A DNA stretch of 64,000 bases from Carcharhinus longimanus (taxonomy: Eukaryota). The notes under the pieces were generated by a model, which worked only from the letters and a program-made list of their open reading frames with translations, made no database searches and was not told where the DNA came from. Below are positions 25,916-38,086 of this stretch, one piece after another; the first letter of the stretch is position 1; the number at the start of each line of letters is the position of its first letter. The stretch spans positions 107,027,997-107,091,996 of the forward strand of contig JASCQW010000001.1 in the NCBI GenBank assembly GCA_030264375.1, given 5' to 3'. A program made the translations under genes and the position numbers.

Positions 25916-26970
25916 GAGATCGCGGTGAGTGGAATGCGCCCTCAAATATCAGCGGGCCAGGAGACTCAAGCGGAAATTGTTTAGTGGGCTTACCGCTGGG
26001 TGCTATGGATGTCGCAGGTCTCTGGGCATTGGATACCTGGCACCGTCAGCATCAGACCAGAAATCGGCACGGAGTTATACAAATTATTTCAATGACAATT
26101 TGCATTTATACTAGCAGGCCCGGGACTGAAGTCTCTGGGTCTGCTGGCAACCCCCCCCAAGGAGTGTTTTCACTCCAGTGGGATTTACACGACTCCCCAC
26201 TAACAAGCAACTGGCAGGCTCACCCCGCTGGAGTGAAGGGAGGGGCAGCTAGCATTCCTCCCCCTCCCCCCACCCCATTCAGGAATGTTTGACTCCAGTG
26301 GGGTTTACAACAGCTTCCCACTAACTGGGAACTGGTGGCCCAACCCTGCTCAAGGACCTCCCCCTCCCAAGGAGGTTGGAGATTAGTGGGGGGGGGGGTC
26401 TTCCCTGGGAATTTCCATCTTGGCATTGCGAACCTGACCCCCTGGCACTGCCCATGGGACAAGATGACAATGCCCAGGGGATACCTTGGCGCTGCCCACC
26501 AGGCATCAGACAGTGCCAAGGGGACGGGGCTGGAGGGGCCATGCCTAATGGGGGCGGAAATCGGTGGGAGTGGGGAGTCCCACTGCCGCTCTGCACTTGG
26601 GATCAGTGACAGAGGGGAATGACAGCAATCAAGCCTGGCCATCAGGGATGGGGGGGCGGCAGGGGGAAGTTGGTTGGTTGAGGAGGGTAGGAGTGCGGGT
26701 AGGGAATGTCAAGGCCAGTGATCAGGGCTCAGGTGGAGTTGCACAACCAACTATGTGAGGTAATCAGGCTACTGGTAGTGAGGGGCCAGGGCACACACAA
26801 TGTGGCCTGCTCAGCAGTATGCTGCCGGGCTCTCCAATGGGAATAGGCCTCGCCCACAGATTTTTTGTGAGATTCACACTAGTCCACTCTACACTGAAAA
26901 AAACCATCGTGATTTACTCCAGATTTTACGCAAATTCAACACAAAGAATTTTTTGGGAGAATCCCACCTC
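25916..26970. mobile_element. GC-rich non-autonomous DNA transposon (Harbinger-like)
   Basis: Sharp GC island ending ...ttttgggagaatcccacc, a terminus typical of this family; ORFs across it are low-complexity. Confidence 0.5.
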
Positions 26971-28939
26971 ATAATGCATCAACTAGCCTCAAACACCCAT
27001 CACTTATCAATCAACAGTCTCTATCAAACAAGACTAAAACCTAAGTTTCATTGTTTACCTCATCCTCATATACATAGTATTGCTATTACTATATCTCAGT
27101 TCATGCAAACTGCTAACTGTACAACCATGGCAGCCACATCACTCGAGCACGCTGCGCCGTACTCAATGACGCACTTTCCACTTACAGAACGAAGTGCTGC
27201 ATGGTGGCACAGCATGTGCTAACCAGCAGGGAACAAGGAATGTCTGCATTTCATTATCCCATGGAAGAGACGACGCTCACCACCATTGGAGCGGCCATTG
27301 ATGAGGCAGTGGCCAGCAATAGTGGCTGAAATAATATATTCATAACCAATTCTCCTACATACTTGTCACTGCCCCCTCTCCCATATTCTGGTGATTTAGA
27401 AGTTGCAGACCGTGTTAGCTTACATCCCCTGTCTTCACATCCTATCCTTGAACTTTTTTCCTTCCAGATAATCAAGAGTTACAGAAACAATGGTGGAAGA
27501 AGCAGGTGATGGTTAAGAAAATGGTCACTCAATTGCACATTTGCAGCCACCAGCTCAGGTACTGATGCTGCATATAATTTAAAGGATACGTTAGAGGTGG
27601 GATCCACACATGGTAGGACACCACACGAGAGTGGCCTGCAACCTGGGTGGGGGAGAAAGGGTAGTCGAAATGGCAGTTCCCAGAAGACAAAGTCACAGGT
27701 GAGTTCTGCTGCAGAGAAGCACATCATCAGGATGGGTTATTGAAGGGTGATGTGTATGCATAACAAAATGATTGGTGCAGTGGCAGGCCTTCCAGAAGCT
27801 ATGAGATCATTTTAAAGAAGCACGGAGGAGCTTTCCACCAACTTTACACAGGACTTTGTGTACCATCTGGAGCCCATCCTTTCCAGCATGGAAGCAATGA
27901 CCACCTCCAACAGCACATTTGTGGATTCAAACGTTACACAACATCAAATGGCTGATGTCCCAATTTCCACTGCAGCACAGGCAATGTCTGGGTGCTGTAG
28001 GGGAAGTTTAGATGTCTGTGGTGCAAGCTCTGACTGCATACATCACTGTACAAAGGGGTTTGCAGCAGTATAAATGACCTCCAATGTTTTGGACACCTCC
28101 TCCACAGCAGTGGAAACACACTTTTACAACAAAAGTCTTTCACCGAGGGAAGCAGGAGGCAGATCTTAGTACTTAAAGCATTTCCTGCCTGTCAGTTGCT
28201 CAGCCCTGTTTAACCCAGCGAGTTCCAGGAAGCCTGCGTGCGCACTGTTAAATTCAGAACTCAGGGTTAAAAGAGCAGCCAACAAGCATTTTATATATTT
28301 AAATGGAAGACTCATCTGTTCAACCTTCCCACATGCTGCAGAACCCATGTTTGGTTTAAAGGCAGAAGGTAGTGATTCTTGCCAGCTTCCCAACACACTC
28401 ATGGTTTAAGCTGTTGCTGTACACTTAGAAACCCACAAACCTGACAAGTTAGACTCCACCTCCCATTATACCATTTCTCTGTGTCATCAAGAGAAAAGAG
28501 GAAAGACTGAGAAAAAGAATCAAAAGGGACAGCAAACAAAGTACGAAATACAGTTAAGCATACATCAATGTTGGGAGGACGGTTCACATTTAATACTGAA
28601 CGGTGCTAGTACAGATGGAACTCTAATGGGTGGAATCATAACATAACAGATGTGAAGGCTGCTCAAGAACCGGCTTATATGCAACCTGGCTTTACCATGG
28701 CTCTTCAACTTACCCACGGCATTAGTTTCTCGCTATCATATTTCACGCTCAATAACACAGAGCACACATGCTGATGCACAACATCTGTCAAAGGAAGCAT
28801 TTCCAATGAAACAAAAAGAGTTAAAAAAGCAAACACAAGAATTAAAAAAAGCAACCATAACTGAATGCTACATTCATCCCAGGGGCTTCAAGTATCAAGG
28901 AGATGGAATGGACAGCTGGGAAAGCTGCCTTTAGGATCT

Positions 28940-29460
28940 CAGAGTCATAACTGGAGCCCCAGCTATGCAATATGAGAGATTGAAATGAGGTGATGTTTCC
29001 CAAGGCTGGGGAAAAGAGGCCAATCTCTCAAACCAGGCAGGCATGATGGAAGTAACCAAGGAAGTCAGAGCAGAAATGTAATCCTCCCATGGAGACAGTG
29101 TTCCCAGAGGATCCAGGACTTTAGAATGATGGGAAAGGTGCGTGATATAACACTACAGATGGTAAGCCACACACTCGAACTATCCAAACATTTCCCTCCA
29201 CAGACTCCTCAAAAGCAACATGCAGTTCCATTCATTCCCTTCTCATCCCCATTTAAACAACCAACATTCTAACTCTCTCTCTCCTGTTGCCTCTTCACAT
29301 GGCTCATAGTCACCTCTCACAAATGCTATCCTTCCCTCCTAATCACACAATACATTTCTCACACTCACAACTCCGTTTTCTGTACCGTCAGAACAGAGCA
29401 CATATGCATCAGGGAGGGAGGAATAGGTATGGCGCTGCAATAGTAACTACCTTGACAGCC
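28940..29460 (+). mobile_element. PIF/Harbinger Myb/SANT-like gene remnant with intron
   Basis: EVMFPKAGEKRPISQTRQA*MEVTKEV...WRQCSQRIQDFRMMGK followed by donor gtgcgt; next exon starts ...AH..REG..G. Confidence 0.55.
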
Positions 29461-30487
29461 GCTGGCCATGCATGCTCACCAGGTTTTCTGGGAGCTGGAG
29501 GCAGCACATGTCAGCAGTGACCTGCTATGAAATTTCAAGCCCTCACAAAGCACTGGTGCTCACATGTGTCGAGAGAGCTGATTCTCTCCTTCAGTGTTGG
29601 GGGGTTTCACCTCCTTCGATTCAGATCTTTGTGCCCATCCATCCTTTCCTACGAAAGGGTAAGTACCTCAGGAGAGCTGACTGCTGCTCCTATTGGTGTT
29701 TCTAATCCTTTCATTCTTCATCAGAGGTCCAGGGCAGAGCTGCACAAGCTGCTCTCATATTGCTGAGAAGGCCAACAGCAGGAAAGTTCAGATCAAAGTG
29801 AGTGAATCTAAATCAGATGAAGTGATTTCCCAGAAATTGGAAATCACCTATAAGGCACTGAAAGCACATTTTCCAGAGAGGTTCTGATAGCACCAGCCTC
29901 TCATCTGGACATGGATACACATTTCAGTTTCATTCTTTGAAGGCCTTCCAGTCTATCAGCTTCACTGAAAAAAGTGCAATACAAATGCAAGTCATTATTG
30001 CATTAACAGTAAATATCCAATAGTGGATACATATGGTATACACATGGCGGCCATGCAGAAAATAATAAGTGACTTTTCAAAAGTAATGGTCCAAGGGGAT
30101 TACCCAGCAATAAAGGCATTCACTCAAAGCATTAACAGCTCTTTACATGCTTCATTTTATTTTCTGTTCAGATTTTGTCTCTTTACAATGTATGTTTTCC
30201 TGATGTATCTGAAGATACTTCAGTCACTGTGACAAAGGTGTCTGGATATAATGGCTCAGATCTTCTGGTCAGTGGTGTAGAGGGTATGCCTACTGTTGAC
30301 TGTGACCTCATCATGTCTGTTTACCATTTTACGCTCAAGCCTTTGCACTTCCAGTCTCATCTCCAGAAGGGACCCAACCAGGAAGAGAATTAGAAAGCCA
30401 AATGGCAGGCATGTCTTAAGGCATGTCTTCAGTTCATTGATTTACATTGTTTTTAAATGGAACACTGTTTTTCCTTCACTCTCCAAA

Positions 30488-31020
30488 ATAAATGCTCACC
30501 CTTTCCCCTGAACCTTCCCTAAGTGTTCACTGCAACTCCTCCATCCCCTGACAGTGGTCACCTCCTCCCCTCATCCCAACAATGCTGGTTTCCCATCCTC
30601 CCCCACCTCTCGACAGTATTCACCCCCGACAATGCTCATCTCCTCTCTCCTCACCCCTATCTCCTCCTCCCGCCTTCCTCACCCTGAAGAATGCTAATCC
30701 CGTCCATGCACGCTCCTGAACAATGCTAACCCCCAGATAATGGTTGAACGAGGACCAGGGAGTCCAAAAAGTGAGTCTCAAGAGGAAGGGTGAACATTGT
30801 TGGGGTTGTGGGTGTGAACATTTTCAGAAGGGAATGGTGTGGTGAACATTGTTTGGGGATGAAAATTTCCAAAAAGGAGGGGAGAACATGGTGTCAGGAT
30901 GACAGTTAAACATTTTTTGGGAGAGGGGTGAACATGATAGCGGGATGAGGATTAAACGTTGATGGGAGAGGGGAGAGCATGGTGTTGGGACTGGGGTGCG
31001 GGGTGGTCTAAACATTGTTC
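30488..31020. repeat. Mirrored array of CAATGYTCACCC / GGGTGAACATTG units
   Basis: About 8 C-rich units on the left and about 9 reverse-complement G-rich units on the right. Confidence 0.65.
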
Positions 31021-31059
31021 ACACTTTGTTGGAATTGGTGGGATACTAAAGGTAGTCCA

Positions 31060-31165
31060 GAGGTGAATGGAGGTCTGTGACAAGTGGCGTTCCTCAGGGA
31101 TCAGTGCTGGGACCTTTGCTGTTTGTAATATATATAAATGATTTGGAGAAAAATGTAACTGGATT
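31060..31165 (+). mobile_element. CR1 LINE RT fragment running into gap
   Basis: [26 protein letters not shown]. Confidence 0.9.
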
Positions 31166-31265
31166 NNNNNNNNNNNNNNNNNNNNNNNNNNNNNNNNNNN
31201 NNNNNNNNNNNNNNNNNNNNNNNNNNNNNNNNNNNNNNNNNNNNNNNNNNNNNNNNNNNNNNNNN

Positions 31266-31938
31266 CTTTCTAGTTTAATAATATCCTTTCTATAATAGGG
31301 TGACCAGAATTGCACACAGTATTCCAAGTGTGGCCTTACCGACATCTTGTACAACTTCAACAAGATGTCCCAACTCCTGCATTCACTGTTCTGACAAATA
31401 AAACCAAGCATGCCAAATGCCTTCTTCACCACTCTGTCCACCTGTGACTCCACTTTCAAGGAACTATGAACATGTATCCCTAGATCTCTTTGCTCTGTAA
31501 CTCTCCCCAATGCCCTACCATTAATTGAGTAAGTCCTGCCCTGGTTCAATCTGCCAAAATGCATTACCTCACATTTGTATAAATTAAACTGCATCTGCCA
31601 TTCGTCAGCCCACTGGCCCAATTGATCAAGATCCCGTTGCAATTGGAGATAACTTTCTTCAGTGTCCACTATGCCACCAATCTTGGTGTCATCTGCAAAC
31701 TCACTAACCATGCCCCTTATATTTGCATCCAAATTATTAATATAAATGACAAATAACAGTGGGCCCAGGACTGATCCCTGAGGCACACCACTGGTCACAG
31801 GCCTTCAGTTTGAAAAACAACTCTCTACAAACATCCTCTGGCTTCTGTCAAGAAGCCAATTTTGTATCCATTTAATACCTCACCTTGGATCCTATGAGGT
31901 TTAACTTTATGCAACAACCTACCATGCGGTACCTTGTC
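31266..31938 (-). mobile_element. CR1 LINE RT fragment (relatively young)
   Basis: [23 protein letters not shown]...EFADDTKIGG...RPHLEYCVQFWSPYYRKDIIKLE. Confidence 0.93.
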
Positions 31939-33099
31939 TCCTCGAACATCTACCAGATTCCATCTATGTATGTGCAGTGACTAGGAGTTACTATCCACTA
32001 TATGTAAGTAATGATGATTCTCACCACTATTTCTGCAGCAAAATTCAGCCCATCATGTGAAGCTCACTTGTTAAAGAGCACAACTCTTATGGCTGAGGTA
32101 TGCAATTGGTTAGCCATGCTTTTGTGGATTTAATTCACCTTTCTGGGAAAGACTACAATGACATAACATTTCTGCTGTGTGGTCAACTGGTTTGTCTGCA
32201 TCTCTACAGAAATCAATGAACCTGCCAGCCCACGGGAATGGTACATTTATCATTTTCTCATTGTTCAGGGATGTGCTGCCTAGGCCAGTATCACTGTACT
32301 CTTTTTCCGATGTCCATTAGCAATAAAAAAAGTAATGAATTTCTTAACTCTTAAATCCACAGGCAGAGCACTTGGATCTGCCCAAGGTGGAGTGACATTT
32401 GTTACAGAAATAGGCAGCATGGTCAAAACCTAATCAAAAGTTAAATGCATTGATTTGCTTTGTTTCAAGCCGCTTCCCTTTATTTTTACCTGCCTCCAAT
32501 CTTCTTCCTGACCTTTCACCTCTTGCTTGTCCCTCCCCAAACTGAATTCCCATCTAACTTAGAAATGGATTGGGGATTGAAGGCAGGACCAAGTGGATGT
32601 TTCTTAACTTTGCTTGCCCAGTGGCGATGGTACAGGCAGAGGGTTGAAATGGTGGATTGGGATAACCCACTGTGCCCACCCTGAATTCCCCACTCATTCT
32701 TCTTCGTTCCCGGGTTTCTGGGTGAAAATACACCCTCTTCAGGCAGGCAGGTGCCTTATAAATATTGAAACATGCTCCAAACATGTCATTCAGACACCAA
32801 CACTGAGGTGCGTATAATCCCGTATAGTCGCCAAAAATCTGATGCCCATGAACCAGGTCCTTGTAGTTATAAAAAGCTGATTTATTTCACCATCCTGTAT
32901 ATTCATAGGTTAAATATTAATTAATATCTTGACAAATTGACGTTAACCTCATAATAAGACATTTGAATTTCCTGTCTTCCCCTATTGTGACTTTGTCAAT
33001 ACAAACTTTTAAAAAATTCATTCCCGAGTCTTGAGCATAACCAGCAAGGCCAACACATTTATTGCTCATTATTAATTTCCCTTGAGAATGAGGTGGTGA

Positions 33100-33450
33100 A
33101 CAAATTACAAAGAGGCATTATTAGATTACCTAAGTGAATGAGGAAACTTGCAGCAAATGGGTTGCAATACAGGCAAGCCTGTCGAACAAAGGCGAGATCA
33201 GAGTACTTTCTAAATAGTGAGAAGTTGGAGCTCCACGTACATAAACCATGAAAACGTCATGGACAAAAAGTAATCAAACTAGTGGTACTTAGGTCTGATC
33301 TAACAGCCTCGCATTTAAGAGGATAGATCTACTGCAACTGGTTTTTGCAAAACCTGAGTTAGACCACATTGAAGTGGTATGTTCACTTCTGGGCATTACA
33401 CTTTAGGAAGGATATATTGATCTTGGAGGGACTGTAGCATAGATTATTGA
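33100..33450 (+). mobile_element. Degraded CR1 fragment
   Basis: VRPH...YVHFWALHFRKDILILEGL motif. Confidence 0.55.
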
Positions 33451-33464
33451 TTTTAAAAAATATA

Positions 33465-34835
33465 TATATTCATGGTGTGTGGATGTTGCCAGCATTTATT
33501 GCCCATCTCTCACTGTTTTTGAGAAGGAGGTTGAGAGCACTTTCTTGAACCACTATAGCCCATGTAGGTATCTCCACATTCCCCATGGTGTTGGATATTG
33601 ACCCAGTCTGACTTGGAAGAGAGCTTGCAGAGCATTAGCCTGTTGCTCTGGTAGTGCGTTTGGGAAGTTCTGAAAAAGAAGCAGCCTGATATAGTCATAC
33701 TCACCAAAACATACTCCATAGTCAATGTTCCAGACTCCCCACTACCATCCCTTGATATGTTCTGTCTCACTGGCAAGAGAGATCTACCACAGGAAATGTC
33801 ACAATGGTACAGAGTCAGGAAAGAGTGGACCCGAGGAAGTCTCAGCATTGTTGACTAGTTGCTGCAGTGCATTTTTTAGACGTTCTTATGCCACTGTGCA
33901 GCAGTGGTAGAATAAGTGAGTATTTAATGTGATAGATTGAGTACTAATCAAGTAGTCTTTTATTTTCTAGGTAATGTCAAGCTTCTTGATTATTCTTGAA
34001 ACTGCACTGATCCAGAATAATGAGGAAGTGGGACGTGAGAAGTCCCTCACCCATTCTGTGTGCCCGAGCTACCTCTAGTGCTTCTTCAACATGTGTTCAA
34101 CATGGAGGAGCATCAATTCATCATCTGCTGAATGGAAGTGGCAGGTAATCAGCTGAAAGTTTCCTTGCCCATGTTTGGTCTGATGCCATGAGTTGTCATG
34201 GGGACCAGAGTCAATGCTGAGACTTCCTCGAGTCCACTGTTTTCTAATTCTGTACCATTGTGCCATTTCCTCTGATAGATCTGTCCTGCCAGTGAGACAG
34301 GACATATTCAGGGATGATGGTAGGGGAGTCTGGAACATTTTCTACGTGGTATGTTTTGGTGAGTATGACTATATTAGGCTGTTGCTGACTGGTTTGTGGA
34401 AACAATTCTCCCAATGAAGACACTAGTCCCAAGGTGTGAGTGAGGAGAACTTGGCAAAGTTGATATCCTGTCCAAATCTAAACCCTTGGTTGACGCCAAG
34501 TGGCTCATTCCATCTTATTCTTGTTATATTTTGCTGTAGCAGTTTGGTATAACTGAATGACATGCTAGACCATTTCAGAAAACAGTTAAGAGTCAACCAC
34601 AATGGAGTCACGTATGGTTCAGAACAGATAAAGACAGCCAGATTGTGAACCAGATGGTTTTTACAACAATCCAGCAATTATATGGTCACCATTACTGATA
34701 CCAGCTCATTATTCTACGTTTATTTAATCTTTTGAATTTAAATTCCCCAGCTACCATGTTGGAATTTGAACTCATTCTTCAGATCATTAGTCCAGGCTTC
34801 TGTATTACTAGTCCAGTTACATTACCACTGTACTG
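33465..34835 (-). mobile_element. Internally deleted LINE derivative with tRNA-like head, endonuclease fragment and LINE tail
   Basis: Head with A-box cagtggtaatg and B-box gagttcaaattcc (about 34835-34750); APE N-terminus GLVSSLGEL...QQPNIVILTKTY...IPEYVLSHWQDR (34244-34432); tail gggcaataaatgctggc. Confidence 0.6.
33682..34381. repeat. Inverted duplication, arms 33682-33850 and 34212-34381
   Basis: Arms align end to end as reverse complements; mirror ORFs MLRLPRVH..L.LYHC.IS..RS.LPVRQ appear on both strands. Confidence 0.9.
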
Positions 34836-35204
34836 TGTACTGGCCCCCAAGATCCCCAGCTGTGGCCTCCTGCTGCTGGTTTCCCTGTCTGACAGCAGGA
34901 ACTTGTTAATTTGTCCAGCTCCCTGGCAGCGAAGAGCAGACTGAAACGATGCTGAGAGTGTGCAGTTAAAGTTCAACAGAATTACCATGTACCCAGTCCC
35001 CAGTGGTTCCCTGTCTCCTTTGGCCCTTGCCCATCTTCCTATAAGTAACAGGGTCACAAATTTGGGTATCTGTGGCATTTACAGAGCATGAGTAAATTGT
35101 CACATGGATCCTGTGCATCAATCAAATTAAGGCAAAAGAAGCTCCTTTATAGCTGACAGAGCTTGCATTTAACTTATATACAATGCAATAGAGGGAAGGG
35201 AGAA

Positions 35205-35462
35205 AAGAGAACCAGATGTTCGAGGCGTGTTTTTTTACACAGAGGATGGTGGGCACCTGAAGCTCTCTTCCGGGGGAGGTGGTGGTAGCAGATACAATAG
35301 TGACTTTTAAGGAGCATCTTGTCAAATACATGAATAGGGTGAGAATAGTGGGATATGGTCCCTGGAAGGGTAGGGGGTTTTAGTTCAGATGGGCAGCATG
35401 ATTGGGTGCAGGCTTGGAGGGCCGAAGGGCTTGTTCCTGCACTGTAATTTTCTTTGTTCTTT
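35205..35462 (+). mobile_element. CR1 LINE 3' end
   Basis: FFTQRMVGT*SSLPGEVVVADTIVTFKEHL plus the CR1/HE1-type 3' UTR ggcttggagggccgaagggcttgttcctgcactgta. Confidence 0.85.
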
Positions 35463-36055
35463 ATGAGTAGTCATTATTCTTCATTGAGTGGTGGGATTAA
35501 CATTGTCGGTGATGGGGTGGGGTGAACAATGCCAAAAAGAAATGAACACTGTTGGAAGTGGTGGGGGGAGTGGCTTAACACTGCCAGGAGGAGAGGTGAG
35601 CTAGAGTGCTTTGGTGTGCCAGCTGATTTAATCTGAGCTGCTCTCTTAGCAGGCTTTATACCTGTTTAGGAGCTTAAGTTGTCAGATGTTACTCTCCACA
35701 TCAGAAAATTCAGGCCTATTTTTCTATTTAGCATTAATGAGTCTGGAGACAGCAAATGTATGATTAAATGAATTATTAATTACACTTAGCATCAGTAAGT
35801 TTACCTTCCATAAAAATGCCTAAAGAAGACAGATCTCCATATCAGTGGGATATGTAAATCTATGCGACAAAGGCAGAGTACAAGAAGACCTTGTGGCAGC
35901 CTGGAAGATAATTGTTGAGCTTGTTAATTATTCAGCAATAATTTACTTGAAGGGCTGACAGATGATTCAATAGATACTAAAGCTAGAAGCAGGGCCACAA
36001 AGGCCACTCTGCATTTGAATTCTGCTTTCCTGGCACTATCTAATCTGAATCTTTG

Positions 36056-36475
36056 CAGAGACTGATAGCCAAGTTCCGCACACGAGGACGGCCTCAACTG
36101 GGATCTGGGGTTCATGTTGCACTATCTGTAACGCCAATGACTTGCCTGGGCTGGTAAAATCTCACTTACTGTCCTGTCTGGAGACAATACATATCTCTTC
36201 AACCTATGCTAATGCTATCTCCCCTCACACTGTCTGCATCTTTAAGACTTGAATAGCAGGTTAGCTGCAAAGACTTGCATTCTAATCAGTATTCTGTAAA
36301 CTGTGTGTGTCTTTATAAGCCTTTCTCTAATCAGAACCTTCCACACACCTGACAAAGGAACACCGGTTCTGAAAGCTTGTGGGATTACAATCAAATAAAC
36401 TGGTTGGACTTAAACCTGGTGTTCTGAGACTTCTTACTGTGTTTACCCCAGTCCAACGTCGGCGTCTCTACATCA
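36056..36475 (+). mobile_element. Penelope element 3' end with degenerate hammerhead ribozyme
   Basis: QRLIAKFRT-EDGLN.DLGFM.HYL* GIY-YIG C-terminus; cacCTGACAAaggaacaccggttctGAAAgcttgtg at 36346-36381. Confidence 0.8.
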
Positions 36476-36500
36476 CAGTAATATCAGCCATAGAAACTCG

Positions 36501-36640
36501 ATGTCCCACCATGTCACAGTTTGTTCTGCAGCAAAGCAAATATTCAAAACTTTATGTCCCACCATGTCACAGCAAGTATTCAAAGCTCAATGTCCCACCA
36601 TGTCACAGCTTGTTCTGCAGCAAAGCAAGTATCCAAAACT
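36501..36640 (+). repeat. Short tandem triplication (53/36/51 bp units)
   Basis: atgtcccaccatgtcacag starts at 36501, 36554 and 36590. Confidence 0.9.
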
Positions 36641-37218
36641 AAATACATACTGCTGATTTTAATAAAAAACAAATATTTTCCAGTTCCATGGTAATGTTTT
36701 ATTTGTCAAGATAGCAGTTGAACAGAATGCAAAAAATTCCTATTTACGGAGTTAACAGGTACTGATGTTCAAATAGGTACATCTTTTTAGAAGACTGAAC
36801 TAACTCTTACAATGAATGAACTCACAGTTGGTTGCCTGTAGTTTACTCCTTTAGACAAAGGCAGGGCAAACACCATTACCTGCCTGGTAACCTTTATTTA
36901 CAGACAGGAAGTGCTCACAATGAAAAGTCCCTTGTTCTCTGTTTATCATTTCCTCTTCATTAAATGGTAAAATGGAAATGACCCTATTCTCCAAACCTAG
37001 AATCCAAATCTGGGAGGAGATTGCCAGAGATTAGAAAAGGTGAAAGAATGATTGAACAATGCCCCTGTGCGAAGTGTGAAAAACGATCAGTTTAGTTTAA
37101 AACCTGGGCATTGTTGTCCTCTACTTGACTGCAAGAAACCTCCACTTTTTCAGCTAAAGAAAATCCAATACCCAAAGCTTTAAAGCATAAGAAGGAAATA
37201 TTTAATTTCAGTTCATAC

Positions 37219-37303
37219 CTTGAATGAAAGAGCTTGAATGTTAATTGTTTCTGGAAGGGAGTACAGTTGGTGGTCACTGGCTTTCAGGGTAAACTGACCC
37301 TTC
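37219..37303 (-). CDS. FRAS1: FRAS1-family internal exon (end of CSPG repeat 1)
   Basis: ttttgtcag acceptor, AAG|gtatga donor; 85 nt, phase 2-0. (R)KGQFTLKASDHQLYSLPETINIQALSFK. Confidence 0.9.
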
Positions 37304-37794
37304 CTGACAAAATTAAGAAACAAAAAAATTAGAGTAATAGGAAATCACCAGTTCTTATGCAATTTTTTTTACAAACAGTACTTAACTGAGTTTATAAATA
37401 TATACAAAACATCAAAGCATTTGTCTGATAGTAGGCTACAGCTTTGAAAATATGCACATGGTTCCCATTATATGACAGCTACACAATAAAATATATTTTT
37501 GTGAACATCTAATACTGAATAGTAGAATGAGAGCAAAGCAAAGGACCACAAAACTTTCCTGTTATTCAAAGCTGTTTGTTAAATGACACTAATATTAGTC
37601 ACTGTAGTTCATAAGTGGTCTATTTACTCAGTCTTGCTTTGCTGTACTCTACAATACTGATGAACTTGAGCCCATAAACTCAAAATACTTGGGATAAATT
37701 TTCTCAACTCTGATTAACTCATTTAACCAAGCTTTGCTGTAAATTTGCAAATGCAGTGGGATTTGGTGTTGACACGTGAAAGGTATATTATTAT

Positions 37795-38086
37795 GAGCAA
37801 CATGGTGACACAGTGGTTAGCATTGCTGCCTCACAACACCAGAGGCCCCGGCTTGAGTCATCGTCTGTGCAAAGTCTGCACTTTCTCCCCGTGTCTGTGT
37901 GGGTTTCTTCAGGGTTCTCTGGTTTCCTCCCACTGCCTGAAAGATGTGCTGATCAGAAGCATTGGCCATGCCAATTTCTCCCTCAGCGTTTCCGAACAGG
38001 CGCCGGAATGTAGCAACTAGGGGATTTTCACAATAACTTCACTGCAATCTCAACGTAAGCCTATATGTGACACTAATAAATAAACT
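37795..38086 (+). mobile_element. tRNA-derived SINE (HE1-like head, different tail)
   Basis: catggtgacacagtggttagcattgctgcctcacaacaccag head, ttctccccgtgtctgtgtgggtttc core, tail ...tgtgacactaataaataaact. Confidence 0.8.

Noticed and set aside
25765-27222. Cluster of 60-175 aa ORFs on both strands
   Set aside because: Stop-poor GC-rich transposon sequence with low-complexity translations and no domain.
31060-31800. Inverted [14 protein letters not shown] copies around a gap
   Set aside because: Two independent CR1 insertions of differing sequence in opposite orientation, not a single structured element.
36501-36640. Repeat-spacer-like pattern reminiscent of CRISPR
   Set aside because: Eukaryotic intron; the spacers are homologous to each other and no cas genes are present. 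It is a simple tandem duplication.
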